A stretch of DNA of 64,000 bases, from NCBI GenBank assembly GCA_965249275.1, contig CBDFLQ010000006.1, positions 800,001 through 864,000 of the forward strand, given 5' to 3'. Both the position numbers and the translations under genes were made by a program. Positions 1 through 10,373 of the stretch are shown here, in pieces (position 1 is the first letter of the stretch; each line of letters begins with the position of its first letter). Below the pieces are notes generated by a model. That model saw only the letters and a list, made by a program, of their open reading frames with translations, searched no databases and was not told where the DNA came from. The DNA comes from Dehalococcoidia bacterium (lineage in GTDB: Bacteria > Chloroflexota > Dehalococcoidia > Plut-88900).

Positions 1-807
1 ATCGAGGTCACCGAGGCCGGAGGGCCGCTCATGGCGCGGGCCATCATGACCACCGACACCCACCCCAAGGAGATAGCCGTCTCCTTCGACGCGGGGGGCG
101 GGAGTCGGGCGGTTGTGGGTGGGATAGCCAAGGGCGCGGGGATGGTGCACCCAGACATGGCGACTATGCTCTCCTTCATTGCGACAGATGCCGCGGTCGA
201 ACCTGCATTCCTCCAGCAGTGCCTGCAAAATGCTGTAGACGACTCCTTCAATATGATAAGCATCGACGGAGACACCAGTACCAGCGACACCGTCGCCATC
301 CTGGCCAACGGGCTGGCAGGGAATGCGCCTATCTCGGGAGACGGGGCCGGGGGGGAGGCCTTTTCGAAGGCGCTGAAACAGATCTGCACCTTCCTAGCCA
401 AGCAGATAGCTCGGGACGGTGAGGGTGCCACTAAGCTAATCGAAATCATCATCGAAAAGGCACGCTCGCAGGAGGAGGCTCGGAACGCGGCCCGAATCAT
501 ATCGACCTCCATGCTGGTGAAGAGCGCAATACACGGGAACGACCCCAACTGGGGTCGGCTCATGGCGGCGCTGGGACGAACGGGCGCCTATATCGAAGAG
601 TCCAAGACAGACCTCTTCATCAATGATATTTTCATGCTCAACAACGGCACCCCCGTCCCCTATTACGAAGACGCGGTCTCCCGTTCACTGGACCAGGAAG
701 AGGTCTCGATCAAGCTGGTCCTGAATGTTGGGGAAGCGTCGGCGACGGCGTGGACGTGCGATCTCTCCGAGGAATACGTCACCTTCAACAGCGAGTACAC
801 GACCTAG
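1..807 (+). CDS. argJ: Ornithine acetyltransferase/N-acetylglutamate synthase ArgJ (5' end outside window)
   Basis: Frame open from base 1; motifs AIMTTDT, KGAGMVHPDMATML (autoproteolytic Thr), DGDTSTSD, DGEGATK, DPNWGR, CDLSEEYV. Confidence 0.96.
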   Translation: MEVTEAGGPLMARAIMTTDTHPKEIAVSFDAGGGSRAVVGGIAKGAGMVHPDMATMLSFIATDAAVEPAFLQQCLQNAVDDSFNMISIDGDTSTSDTVAILANGLAGNAPISGDGAGGEAFSKALKQICTFLAKQIARDGEGATKLIEIIIEKARSQEEARNAARIISTSMLVKSAIHGNDPNWGRLMAALGRTGAYIEESKTDLFINDIFMLNNGTPVPYYEDAVSRSLDQEEVSIKLVLNVGEASATAWTCDLSEEYVTFNSEYTT

Positions 808-819
808 GCCCGGGACAAG

Positions 820-1611
820 GTGAAGGGGATGCGTCAGGCAGTAGTCAAGATAGGGGGAGGGGCCCTCGGCGCGTCCGACACCCTATTCTCAGACCTGGCT
901 GCCCTACAGCGCGACGGAGCTGAGATTATCGTCGTTCACGGCGGCGGTAACGTTGTGTCAGACTGGCAGCGGCGTCATGGGGTCGAGGCGCGATTCGTTC
1001 GCGGTCTGCGGGTCACCGACGGTCCAGCACTTGAAGTCGCCACGGCCGTCCTCGCAGGTCTTGTAAACAAGGAACTGGTCGCCTCGATAGCCGGGTGCGG
1101 GGGTCGAGCCGTGGGTCTGAGTGGCGTGGACGGAGGAATAATCCAGGCGGAGGTGCAGGACTCGGAGCTGGGGTATGTGGGTCGGGTCACGGGGGTGGAC
1201 CCCATGCCCTTAGAGGCCCTTGTTAAGAGCGGTTTTCTCCCAGTCCTGTCGCCCATAGCCTCCCAACGGCGAAACGGCAGCGCAGACTGGAGGGGCATCC
1301 TGAACGTCAACGCCGACACCGTGGCCGGCGCCCTCGCCTCCGAAATCCATGCCTCCACCCTTGTCTTTCTTACCGACGTGGAAGGGATTTTGGACGAGAC
1401 CGGCACCTGTGCATCCTCCCTTTCGAGAGACGATGTCCAGAACATGATCGAATCCGGAGTCATCAACTCGGGTATGATTCCCAAAGCCGAGGCGTGCCTA
1501 AAGGCGTCAAAAGCGTCGGTAAGGGCGGTGATAACTGACGGGCGCAGACCGCACGCCCTATTGGACGCAGTGGAAGGTCGGGGGCCGGGGACGTGGTTTG
1601 GTGGAGGATAG
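820..1611 (+). CDS. argB: Acetylglutamate kinase
   Basis: VVKIGG, VVHGGG, GLRVTD, LNVNAD, LTDVEG, GMIPK motifs; arg cluster. Confidence 0.95.
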   Translation: MKGMRQAVVKIGGGALGASDTLFSDLAALQRDGAEIIVVHGGGNVVSDWQRRHGVEARFVRGLRVTDGPALEVATAVLAGLVNKELVASIAGCGGRAVGLSGVDGGIIQAEVQDSELGYVGRVTGVDPMPLEALVKSGFLPVLSPIASQRRNGSADWRGILNVNADTVAGALASEIHASTLVFLTDVEGILDETGTCASSLSRDDVQNMIESGVINSGMIPKAEACLKASKASVRAVITDGRRPHALLDAVEGRGPGTWFGGG

Positions 1612-1673
1612 TTAGCTGACATTAGTAAGGAAAAAGGAACACCCTCACTCGCCTCAGCGAGTCTTCGACCCTA

Positions 1674-1699
1674 GCCCTCTCCCATCAAGGGAGAGGGGA
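1674..1699. repeat. REP-like palindrome CCCTCTCCC-ATCAA-GGGAGAGGG
   Basis: 9-bp perfect inverted repeat in the argB-argD spacer; the same 26 bp is reconstructed at the IS481 empty site (36901-36912 + 38185-38198). Confidence 0.8.
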
Positions 1700-1835
1700 T
1701 AGGAAACCTCCACCCACGGGGCCCATTGGCAATATCGTGGAAAGCGAAGCATAAGCGGGCCGCCTGCATGCGCCTTAGATCCCTCGCGTGGCCTCGGGAT
1801 GACAATGCTATCGGGTCTTTAGAAAGGAAAACAAT

Positions 1836-3026
1836 ATGGTGAACTGGCAAGAGCTGGAAGCCAAGTATTTTATGAGCACGGGCCGCCGACAGCCCTTGAC
1901 CCTGGTCAGGGGCGAGGGCGTCAGGGTCTGGGATGAAGACGAGAAGGAGTACCTGGACTTCGTGGGCGGGATCGCGGTCACGGGGCTGGGGCACTGCCAC
2001 CCTGTACTGGTCGAGGCGCTGCAGAAGCAGAGCCAGACTCTCTGGCACGTCTCCAACCTTTATTACACGGTGCCCCAGGTAAAGTTGGCCCAGCTCCTGG
2101 TCGAAAACTCCTGCTGCGACGAAGTGTTCTTCCAAAACAGCGGAGCGGAAGCCAACGAAGCGGCCATAAAACTCGCCCGAAAGCACGGCAAGGTCAACCT
2201 GAACGGGGCCTACGAGGTCATTTCGGCGATGAACTCGTTCCACGGGCGCACGTTCGCCATGGTCGCAGCCACGGGCCAGCCCGACCACCAGGCCACCTTC
2301 ACCCCCCTCCCCCAGGGCTTCAGCAACGTCCCATTTGACGACATTGAGGCCATCATATCCGCCACATCCGAGAGCACGTGCGCAGTGATGCTGGAACCCA
2401 TCCAAGGCGAGGGCGGCGTTAATGTCCCCTCCCGCGAGTATCTCCAGCAGGTCCGGGACTGGTGCGACCAGCGGAACCTGCTCCTTATCTTCGACGAGGT
2501 CCAGACGGGTATCGGGAGGACGGGCAACCTGTTCGCCTACGAGCATTTCGGCGTAGAGCCCGACGTGATTACCCTGGCCAAGGCCCTCGGCGGGGGGTTC
2601 CCCATAGGCGCAGTCATGGCCAAGAAGGCGGCGTCCGTATTTGAACCCGGCGACCACGGCTCCACCTTCAGCGGAAACCCCTTGGGCACCGCCGTCGGCG
2701 CAGCAAACATGCGCTACATCCTGGAGAACGACGTTGTTGGCAATGCCCAAAGGGTCGGAGAGCGGCTACGGGCCGGCCTTGAAGGACTGACCGGCAAGCA
2801 CGACCTGGCCGTCGGGGTGCGGGGCGTCGGGCTGCTCCTGGCTCTTGCCCTGAGCGAAAATGTCTCGGGCGCCCTGGTCAATGAGTGCCGCGAACGCGGC
2901 CTGTTAGTGAACCCCGTAAAGCCCAATGCGCTCCGACTCATCCCGCCCCTGATTCTCTCCGATGATGAGGCGGACAAGGCAATCGAAATACTGGATGCGG
3001 CCCTCGGGGCCGTGGCTCAAGCCTAG
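1836..3026 (+). CDS. argD: Acetylornithine aminotransferase (class III PLP)
   Basis: NSGAEANE, SFHGRT, EPIQGEGG, FDEVQTG, TLAKALGGG; arg cluster. Confidence 0.93.
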   Translation: MVNWQELEAKYFMSTGRRQPLTLVRGEGVRVWDEDEKEYLDFVGGIAVTGLGHCHPVLVEALQKQSQTLWHVSNLYYTVPQVKLAQLLVENSCCDEVFFQNSGAEANEAAIKLARKHGKVNLNGAYEVISAMNSFHGRTFAMVAATGQPDHQATFTPLPQGFSNVPFDDIEAIISATSESTCAVMLEPIQGEGGVNVPSREYLQQVRDWCDQRNLLLIFDEVQTGIGRTGNLFAYEHFGVEPDVITLAKALGGGFPIGAVMAKKAASVFEPGDHGSTFSGNPLGTAVGAANMRYILENDVVGNAQRVGERLRAGLEGLTGKHDLAVGVRGVGLLLALALSENVSGALVNECRERGLLVNPVKPNALRLIPPLILSDDEADKAIEILDAALGAVAQA

Positions 3027-3043
3027 ACTTACAGAGGAATAAC

Positions 3044-4282
3044 GTGACCCAAAAGATCGTCCTTGCATATAGCGGAGGGCTCGATACCTCCGTAGCCATC
3101 AAATGGCTTTCCGACCGCTACAACGCCGAGATCGTGACCCTTACCGTAGACGTGGGCGGCGAGATAGACCTGGAAAAGGTGCGTCAGCGGGCCTTGGGCA
3201 CGGGGGCCGTCCAGGCCGAGGTACTCAACGCCCGGGAAGACTTCGTAAAGTTCTTCGTTTGGCCCGCCCTGCAGGCTGGCGCCGTTTACGAAGGCAAATA
3301 CCCCCTGGCCACCGCCCTCGCCCGACCTCTCATGGCCAAACTCCTCGTGGACGTGGCCCTGGAGACGGGCGCGTATGCCGTCGCCCACGGCTGTACCGGC
3401 AAAGGGAACGACCAAGTCCGGTTCGACGTGAGCGTCGGGGCCCTTGCGCCTGGGTTGGAGATTATTGCACCCGCCCGCGAGTGGGGCATGACCCGGGAGC
3501 AGGAGATCGACTACGCAAAGGAGCACAGCATCCCCGTGCCCCTCACCAAGGCCAATCCCTACTCCATCGATGAGAACTTGTGGGGTCGGAGCATCGAGAC
3601 AGGGGTGTTGGAAGACCCGTGGGTCGAACCACCGGAGGACGTTTACCAGTGGACCGTATCCTCAGCTAACGCACCTGACGAACCGGAATACCACGAGATC
3701 GAATTCGAGACGGGTATTCCAGTTCGGCTGGATGGTCGGGACATCGGTGGTGTGGAGCTGATCGACATACTGAACAAGGCCGCCGGGGCCCACGGGGTGG
3801 GTCGAATAGACCACGTGGAGAACCGGTTGGTCGGCATTAAGTCTCGGGAGATATATGAGGCACCCGCGGGCATAGTCCTCACCGCCGCGCACCGGGCCCT
3901 TGAAGACATGACCCTCAGCAAGGAGCAGGCCCGGTTCAAGGAGAGGGTGGCCCAGGAATACGCCGACCTGATCTACAACGGCCTCTGGTTCACCGCCCAC
4001 CACCAGGACCTAGCCTCCTACGTGCAGAGCACCCAGCGCCACGTCACCGGCACGATAAGGGTGAAGTTGCACAAGGGCCAGTGCACGGTGGTCGGGCGTA
4101 AGGCTCCGCAGGCACTTTACCAGTTCGAGCTAGCGACCTACGACCAGGGAGACACCTTCGACCAGAGCGCGTCAAAGGGATTCATAGACATCTTTGGACT
4201 GCCGGTCAGGACCCAGGCCCGAATCCAGCTGCTGGAACAGCCGGGCGGGGCCCTCGGGATCACAGGGCCGGCCGCCGACTAG
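3044..4282 (+). CDS. argG: Argininosuccinate synthase
   Basis: LAYSGGLDTS, HGCTGKGNDQVRF, YSIDENLWGRS, ENRLVGIKSREIYE. Confidence 0.98.
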   Translation: MTQKIVLAYSGGLDTSVAIKWLSDRYNAEIVTLTVDVGGEIDLEKVRQRALGTGAVQAEVLNAREDFVKFFVWPALQAGAVYEGKYPLATALARPLMAKLLVDVALETGAYAVAHGCTGKGNDQVRFDVSVGALAPGLEIIAPAREWGMTREQEIDYAKEHSIPVPLTKANPYSIDENLWGRSIETGVLEDPWVEPPEDVYQWTVSSANAPDEPEYHEIEFETGIPVRLDGRDIGGVELIDILNKAAGAHGVGRIDHVENRLVGIKSREIYEAPAGIVLTAAHRALEDMTLSKEQARFKERVAQEYADLIYNGLWFTAHHQDLASYVQSTQRHVTGTIRVKLHKGQCTVVGRKAPQALYQFELATYDQGDTFDQSASKGFIDIFGLPVRTQARIQLLEQPGGALGITGPAAD

Positions 4283-4326
4283 CCGACAATCGAAGCCACG
4301 ACCACATAGACCTCAGGGAGGACCGG

Positions 4327-5484
4327 ATGAGCATTGTCCTAACGGAAGAGCAGAAGCAGATGGTCTCGACCATCCGGGAGTTCGTCAATCGGGACGTGAA
4401 GCCCTACGTCTCCGAGCTTGAGCACGCCGACGAGTATCCCCACGAGATGGTGGAGAAGATGAAGGAGATGGGCCTGTTCGGGGCCGTGGTTCCGAGGGAG
4501 TATGGGGGCCTGGGGCTCGACAATGTCACCTTCGCCCTCATCATCGAAGAGCTTTGCAAGGGTTGGATGAGTCTCAGCGGCACCATCGGCAGCCACTCCA
4601 TAATGACCTACGCCATCGTCAAGTTCGGTACGGAGGAGCAGAAGCAGCGCTTTCTGCCCCAAATCGTCACGGGCGAAAAGCGCGGAGGCATCGGGCTCAC
4701 CGAGCCGGGCGGCGGCAGCGACCTCCAGTCAATCCAGACCATGGCTGTGAAAGATGGCGATGATTATGTTATCAACGGCTCCAAGATGTTCGTCACCAAC
4801 GGCATCCAAGGCAACACCTTCGCTCTGCTGACCAAGACGGACCCCGAAGCCAACCCGACCTACCGAGGCATAAGCCTCTTCATCATCGAAAAAGGCGGCG
4901 AAGGCTTCACTGTCGGCAAGAAGATCAAGAAGCTCGGGTATCGGGGCATCGACACTACGGAGTTCGCCTTCGACGACTTCCGCGTGCCGATAACCAACCT
5001 CCTGGGCGAGGTGGAGGGGCAGGGGTTCAAACACATCATGTCGGGGTTGGAGGGTGGTAGGGTGAACATCGCGGCCCGGGCCGTGGGTGTCGCCCAAGCC
5101 GCGTTCGACGCCGCCATAACTTACGCCCAGCAGAGGGTGACCTTTGGGAAGCCTATCGCCGAGCACCAGGCCATCCAGCTAAAACTCGCCGATATGGCTA
5201 CAAAGATAGAGGCAGCCCGCCTCCTAACCCTGTCCGCCGCAGCCAAGAAGGACCGGGGCGAGAGGTCGGACCTGGAGGCCGGCATGGCCAAGCTATTCGC
5301 CAGCGAGACCGCCCACGAGGTCACCATGGAGGCCATGCGTATTCACGGCGGCTATGGCTACACAGAGGAATTCCCTGTCGAGCGCTACTTCCGGGACGCG
5401 CCCCTCATGATGATCGGCGAGGGAACCAACGAAATCCAGAAGCTGGTTATCGCACGTAACCTGCTCAAGAAGCACCAGATATAA
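4327..5484 (+). CDS. Acyl-CoA dehydrogenase
   Basis: LTEPGGGSD, NGSKMFVTN, R-x-TFGKPI, IHGGYGY, IGEGTNEIQ. Confidence 0.95.
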   Translation: MSIVLTEEQKQMVSTIREFVNRDVKPYVSELEHADEYPHEMVEKMKEMGLFGAVVPREYGGLGLDNVTFALIIEELCKGWMSLSGTIGSHSIMTYAIVKFGTEEQKQRFLPQIVTGEKRGGIGLTEPGGGSDLQSIQTMAVKDGDDYVINGSKMFVTNGIQGNTFALLTKTDPEANPTYRGISLFIIEKGGEGFTVGKKIKKLGYRGIDTTEFAFDDFRVPITNLLGEVEGQGFKHIMSGLEGGRVNIAARAVGVAQAAFDAAITYAQQRVTFGKPIAEHQAIQLKLADMATKIEAARLLTLSAAAKKDRGERSDLEAGMAKLFASETAHEVTMEAMRIHGGYGYTEEFPVERYFRDAPLMMIGEGTNEIQKLVIARNLLKKHQI

Positions 5485-5515
5485 CGAACCGAGACCCTAC
5501 CAACAGGAGCGAATT

Positions 5516-5995
5516 ATGGACCACGACGGACGAGAAGCCTTCGGGAGCTGGTACGACGACTACACGGTCGGGGACATCTACAAGCACTGGCCCGGCCGCA
5601 CAGTCAACGAGTACGACGACACCCTTTTCAGCATGATCACGATGAACCATGCTCCCCTTCACATCGACGAACACTACATGAGTGGGAGCCAGTTCGGGCA
5701 GAGGCTGGTGAACGGGCTATTCGTCATCAGCCTGGTCGTTGGCATGACGGTCAGGGAGATCAGCGGCAAGGCCATCGCAAACCTCGAATATGAGACCATC
5801 AAGCACCTGGGCCCGACCTTCCACGGCGACACCATCTACGCCGAGACTGAGATCCTGGAGAAGCGGGAGTCGAAGAGCAAGAATGATCGCGGCATCTTGT
5901 ACGTCGAGACCCGGGCGTGGAATCAAAGAGATGAGACGATTCTCACGCTGCGGCGTCGGGTGATGATTCCGAAGCGGGGGAACGGGGCGGGATAG
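5516..5995 (+). CDS. MaoC-family (hot-dog) dehydratase
   Basis: MNHAPLHID, FGQRLVNG, PTFHGDTI motifs. Confidence 0.9.
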   Translation: MDHDGREAFGSWYDDYTVGDIYKHWPGRTVNEYDDTLFSMITMNHAPLHIDEHYMSGSQFGQRLVNGLFVISLVVGMTVREISGKAIANLEYETIKHLGPTFHGDTIYAETEILEKRESKSKNDRGILYVETRAWNQRDETILTLRRRVMIPKRGNGAG

Positions 5996-6048
5996 CGGGA
6001 GATGTTAAACTTGGTTGTGGACCAAGAAAGCCGACTGGGAGGAGTAAT

Positions 6049-6171
6049 ATGGCAGAAGAAAAGAAGAAACCTACTATAGCTCCTCAGCGCAGGGCTTTCG
6101 AGCCAACGTTGCCTGATCCAGGAATGGCCGTCAGGGATGCCAAGATTCCGAAAAAGGGACGCGGTAAATGA
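6049..6171 (+). CDS. 40-aa Lys/Pro-rich small protein (MAEEKKKPTIAPQRRAFEPTLPDPGMAVRDAKIPKKGRGK)
   Basis: Below the ORF-track cutoff; ATG at 6049 preceded by a strong SD (GGGAGGAG), TGA at 6169-6171. Confidence 0.55.
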   Translation: MAEEKKKPTIAPQRRAFEPTLPDPGMAVRDAKIPKKGRGK

Positions 6172-6204
6172 CTATCGGATCATGTGCGTAGTCCCGTCCC
6201 GTAT

Positions 6205-6717
6205 TCAACCCAATACGAACAGCAACGTAGCCCACACACCTATCAAAAGTATCTCGGTTGCTGCTGAGAAGATCGTGATTCTTAGCCACCTGGCCTTGGC
6301 ATAGTAGGTGTCCATGTTTTCGATCCACCACTCCCCCATCCAATACAAAAGATTTTCATTGGCCTCGATAACATCCCTATCTACGTAGAACTCCGATATA
6401 GACGTCGGACTGGGGCCCACCTTATATGATGCCGGATCGAAGGCAATAACGAATGCGACGGTGGTTATCAAGAAGCTAGCGCTCGCCAAACTGAGTAGAA
6501 CGGTCAATGGAACGGTCCAAGCTTCCAGCGAGCTTGCCATGTTGGTAGCCCCGAGGGGAATGGCAATCCCGATTGCGAGTGCAGATACAGTAAAGACCCC
6601 CAGAGCCTTAGTGCCTATGGCCTCTATCCGCGTAATCACAAAATCGTTGCTGTCCTTGGCCATTCCAACCCAGGGTCGAATAGGGTCTTCCTGAGAATAA
6701 TTCAACTGAGTCACCAC
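6205..6717 (-). CDS. 3-TM membrane protein resembling the Pycsar transmembrane effector (PycTM/DUF5706) architecture
   Basis: TKA before TM1, TM2 ending in P, cytoplasmic loop, N...K-x-R-W-L before TM3; visibly lower GC than flanks. Confidence 0.55.
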   Translation of the reverse strand: MVTQLNYSQEDPIRPWVGMAKDSNDFVITRIEAIGTKALGVFTVSALAIGIAIPLGATNMASSLEAWTVPLTVLLSLASASFLITTVAFVIAFDPASYKVGPSPTSISEFYVDRDVIEANENLLYWMGEWWIENMDTYYAKARWLRITIFSAATEILLIGVWATLLFVLG

Positions 6718-6795
6718 CTATTTGTCCTATATCATCGCACGCTGTCAATGTAGTGTTTAATTGTAGGTCTTTCAAGCATTCCACTCCTTATTAAC

Positions 6796-8148
6796 GTGTC
6801 CACTCCTCATCCATATACCACATCCATATCATTTGACAGACGGCTTTATAAGCACGATATCGCCGGGTCAAAGGCGCATGCGCGGATGCTTGGGCGGCAG
6901 GGGATTGTTCCTGAGTCGGAGGTCGAGGCTATATGCAAGGGTCTCGACGTCATTGAGCGGGAGATCGAGGCCGGGGCTTTTCCATTTCGGGAAGAGCTGG
7001 AAGACATTCACATGAACGTCGAGACCCGTCTCGCCGAGCTCATCGGGGAACCGGCTGGAAGGCTTCACACTGCACGTTCCCGTAACGACCAAGTTGCACT
7101 GGACGTACGCCTGTTTCTGAGGGAAGCCATCGAAGACGCCATAGTGGGTCTTCGCTCGTTTCAGAACGCTCTTCTTTCGCAAGCAGAGGCCAACGCCGAC
7201 GCGATCATGCCCGGCTACACGCACCTGCAGCGCGCCCAGCCCGTTCTTGTTGCTCATCACCTGCTCGCCTACTTTGAGATGGCGCAGCGAGACATTGCAC
7301 GATTCAAGGACTGCCGCCGACGCGCGAACGTACTGCCCCTGGGGGCAGGGGCGCTGGCGGGCGTCACGTACCCGATCGACCGTGAGTTCGTGGCAGAGGA
7401 GTTGGGGTTCGATGGGGTGGCACGAAACAGCATGGACGCCGTCTCCGACCGGGACTTCCTCGTGGAGTTCCATGCATCGGCGGCCATTGCTATGATGCAC
7501 CTCTCCCGCCTGGCCGAGGAGATGATAATCTGGACCTCCGAAGAGTTCGGGTTCGCCTCGCTTGCCCCCGAATACACGACGGGCAGCAGCATAATGCCCC
7601 AGAAGCGCAACCCGGACGTGGCCGAGCTTGGCCGGGGAAAGACAGGTCGGGTCTACGGCAACCTGGTGGCCCTGCTCACTACCCTCAAGGCCCTGCCGCT
7701 CGCCTACAATAAGGACATGCAAGAGGACAAGGAGGGCCTGTTCGACACCGTGGATACCCTCAACGCTACCCTCGCCGCATTCGCAGGAATGGTGGAGACC
7801 ATGACCATCAACCGAGAGAGGACGCTGAGGGCTGCGGAGGCCGGTGTTTATTCAGGCATACTAGCCACGGACCTTGCGGACTACCTCGTGGCAAAGGGGT
7901 TGCCTTTCCGGGAGGCACACGGAGCTACCAAATCTCTTGTCATCTATGCCGCCGAGAAGAGCACGGCCCTCAACGAGCTGAGCCTGGAGGAATACCGGCG
8001 TTTCTCTTCACTATTCGATAAGGATGTCTTCGCCATTACCGTGGAATCGTCCCTAGCGGCTCGGGCCAGCCAGGGGGGCACAGCGCCCGAGAGGGTTAAG
8101 GAAGCGTTATCACAAGCCCGAGAGATGTTGAGGTCTGAAAGTGCCTGA
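6796..8148 (+). CDS. argH: Argininosuccinate lyase
   Basis: [42 protein letters not shown]. Confidence 0.98.
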   Translation: MSTPHPYTTSISFDRRLYKHDIAGSKAHARMLGRQGIVPESEVEAICKGLDVIEREIEAGAFPFREELEDIHMNVETRLAELIGEPAGRLHTARSRNDQVALDVRLFLREAIEDAIVGLRSFQNALLSQAEANADAIMPGYTHLQRAQPVLVAHHLLAYFEMAQRDIARFKDCRRRANVLPLGAGALAGVTYPIDREFVAEELGFDGVARNSMDAVSDRDFLVEFHASAAIAMMHLSRLAEEMIIWTSEEFGFASLAPEYTTGSSIMPQKRNPDVAELGRGKTGRVYGNLVALLTTLKALPLAYNKDMQEDKEGLFDTVDTLNATLAAFAGMVETMTINRERTLRAAEAGVYSGILATDLADYLVAKGLPFREAHGATKSLVIYAAEKSTALNELSLEEYRRFSSLFDKDVFAITVESSLAARASQGGTAPERVKEALSQAREMLRSESA

Positions 8149-8818
8149 TTCCTCCGAGATAAAAATCTCACCTTCGATTCTATCTGCAGATTTTGGGCGT
8201 CTCGGTGAGCAGGTTGCCGAGGCCTCGGAGTCGGGGGCCGACTACATCCACGTCGACATCATGGACGGCCACTTCGTCCCCAATCTCACGATTGGGCCGA
8301 TCATCGTATCGGGGATTCGGCCATGGACCGAACTGCCCCTGGACGTTCATCTGATGATAGAGGAACCGGACAGGCTGATTCCAGACTTCGCCAAGGCGGG
8401 CGCAAACATACTTACCGTCCATCCGGAGGCGTGTCGACACCTCCACCGGGTTATCTACCAGATCAAGGACCTGGGCGTGAAGGCAGGGATATCGCTCAAT
8501 CCCGGGACTCCCGCTTCCGTGCTTGAACCCGTGATATCCGACGTTGACCTAGTTTTGGTGATGACTGTAAACCCGGGATTCGGGGGGCAGAAGTACATTC
8601 ACAGCGTGACGAGCAAGATCGCCAAGGTGCGGCAGATGCTGGATGAGGCGGGGTCGGGGGCGGAGTTGGAGGTGGACGGGGGAATTAATGCAGAGACGGC
8701 GTCGAAAGCCGTGGAGGCAGGGGCGAGGGTACTGGTGGCCGGGTCGGCGGTGTTCAACGATCGGGACACGGTGGCCGGGTCAATTGCCAGAATTCGGGAG
8801 AGCCTCGGGCAGGCTTAG
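8141..8818 (+). CDS. rpe: Ribulose-phosphate 3-epimerase
   Basis: [44 protein letters not shown]. Confidence 0.97.
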   Translation: MPDSSEIKISPSILSADFGRLGEQVAEASESGADYIHVDIMDGHFVPNLTIGPIIVSGIRPWTELPLDVHLMIEEPDRLIPDFAKAGANILTVHPEACRHLHRVIYQIKDLGVKAGISLNPGTPASVLEPVISDVDLVLVMTVNPGFGGQKYIHSVTSKIAKVRQMLDEAGSGAELEVDGGINAETASKAVEAGARVLVAGSAVFNDRDTVAGSIARIRESLGQA

Positions 8819-8823
8819 GCTGC

Positions 8824-10335
8824 CTAGTTTAGCAATTCGTCGATTATCGGACCGAGCTGTCCAGCGGTCAGCGATCCAATCCGCTTGATTGACTGTCCAC
8901 CACTACTAATGATGAAGGCGGGCTGAGTGAAGATGCCGTTGGCTTGCGCGGCGGCTCGGTCTTCTTCCAAGAATTTCTGGTACCTCTGCTCTTCCATGCA
9001 AGCGGTAAATTGGGGCACGTTCAGACCCAGAGTCTGTGCCAAGCTGATCTGGCCTTGGACGCTCCCGGAGCCGCTTCGAATTCGGGCGTCATGAAACTCC
9101 CAGAACTTATCTTGCTCACCGGCGCACTCCGTTCCCAGAGACATGATTCTCGAGGCGGGACCGAAAGTGGTCCGGTGGCGGAGCACCAGCTTTACCTGAC
9201 CTTGGTCTATGTATTGTCGCTTTATCTCCTGGGCCGGTCCAAGGGCCCAATTCCTGCAAACGCCTCATTGAAAGTCGCTGAATTCCTCCAGCGTTACGGG
9301 TGCGTCCAGGGACCCGAGAATGTTCCATGGCCGTCCGGAGGGTAAAGGCTCAGGGGTGGGAATTGGGGTTGGGATAGGAGTTGGCGTAGCAGTTGGGACG
9401 GGGGTTGGAGAGGGAGTCGGGACTGGAGTTGATGAGGCGGAGGGGACTGAGGTAGGAGTTGGGGCGGGTGACGTAGCGATGGGCGTAGGCACAGGCATGG
9501 GGGCGGGGGTCGATGTCGGGACAGGGATTGCAGTAGGTGTTGGGGTTGGTGCAGGAGTCGGTACAGGCGTAGCCAGCAACTCATCAATTACTGCGGATAT
9601 TTCTTCGAAGGAGGGTGATCCGTCGTATTTTGTTCCAGTTTGGTTGGGGTCGGTGGACAGGACGAAGATGGTGGGTGTGACCGAGACTTCGTTCCGCAGG
9701 GCCAGATTTATGTCTCTTTGAATGACGCCGTCGTAGGTTCTGGCTTCCATGCAAGCCGAGAATCGGCCCGTGTCCAGGCCAAGGTCTTCGGCGAACCCTT
9801 CGAGTCTTTCCACCCCTCTGCCGCCCTCGCCCTGTTTTTCGTAAAGAGTGTCATGGTACTGCCAGAAAGAGCCCTGTTCTCCCGCACACTCGGTGGCGTG
9901 GGCCGCCAAGTATGAATCATCGTTGATGTGAGGGAAATGGAAGTAGTTCAGGTTCACCAGCCCGGTTTCGACGTATACCTTCTTTACTTCGAGGGCCGCA
10001 CCACGGGCCCAATGCTTGCAACCGGGTCAGAGGAAGTCGCCGAAATCGGCTATGGACACGGAGGCATCCGACGAGCCAAGGACATTCCAGTCCCGGGTCG
10101 TTGGGGGTGCGTCCTGCGTGGAGTCGGGTGGAGGGGTGTCGGTGGGAGGAGCGTCGGAGGAGGCCGAAGTCGATGGAGGGACGAGGGTGTTAGTGGGGAC
10201 CGGCGCGCCGGTAGATGTAGGATCAACTATCTCAGGGTCTGACGAACAGGCCCATGAAACTATAGCAAGGGTAGTTATACAAAATAGGAGGATGCCGAGT
10301 CGGGTGAATGTCAGGCGTCGGGGGAGAATGGACAT
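8824..10335 (-). CDS. Candidate di-selenoprotein: lipoprotein with two DsbA/thioredoxin-fold domains (DFL-U-PGC and DFQ-U-GVC) joined by a Pro/Thr linker
   Basis: ORFs 10027..10374, 9265..9957 and 8824..9186 share one frame and are separated only by TGA at 10027-10029 and 9265-9267, each at the first position of CxxC. Readthrough gives ...[36 protein letters not shown] and ...[34 protein letters not shown]. Signal peptide ends SWAC; alternative GTG start at 10374. Confidence 0.88.
9230..9249 (-). promoter_or_regulatory. Putative SECIS hairpin for UGA at 9265-9267
   Basis: mRNA UGGGCC-CUUGGACC-GGCCCA starting +16 after the UGA. Confidence 0.7.
9993..10010 (-). promoter_or_regulatory. Putative SECIS hairpin for UGA at 10027-10029
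   Basis: mRNA GGGCC-CGUGGUGC-GGCCC starting +17 after the UGA. Confidence 0.65.
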
Positions 10336-10373
10336 TTGAGAAGACCCGTGTCCCAGCATTGGCGCTCGGGCCA

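Noticed and set aside
1611-1836. ArgR boxes or a leader RNA before argD
   Set aside because: No convincing TGAATA/TGCATA-type palindrome; only the REP-like hairpin is supported
1671-2750. Long antisense ORFs over argD and others (6868-7722, 16795-17784, 36957-37958, 45766-46677, 61535-62434)
   Set aside because: Typical high-GC shadow frames opposite well-supported genes; no recognisable motifs
9320-9721. Gly/Val-rich plus-strand ORF and similar antisense ORFs (17980-18651, 25069-25425)
   Set aside because: Reverse-complement shadows of Pro/Thr-rich linkers
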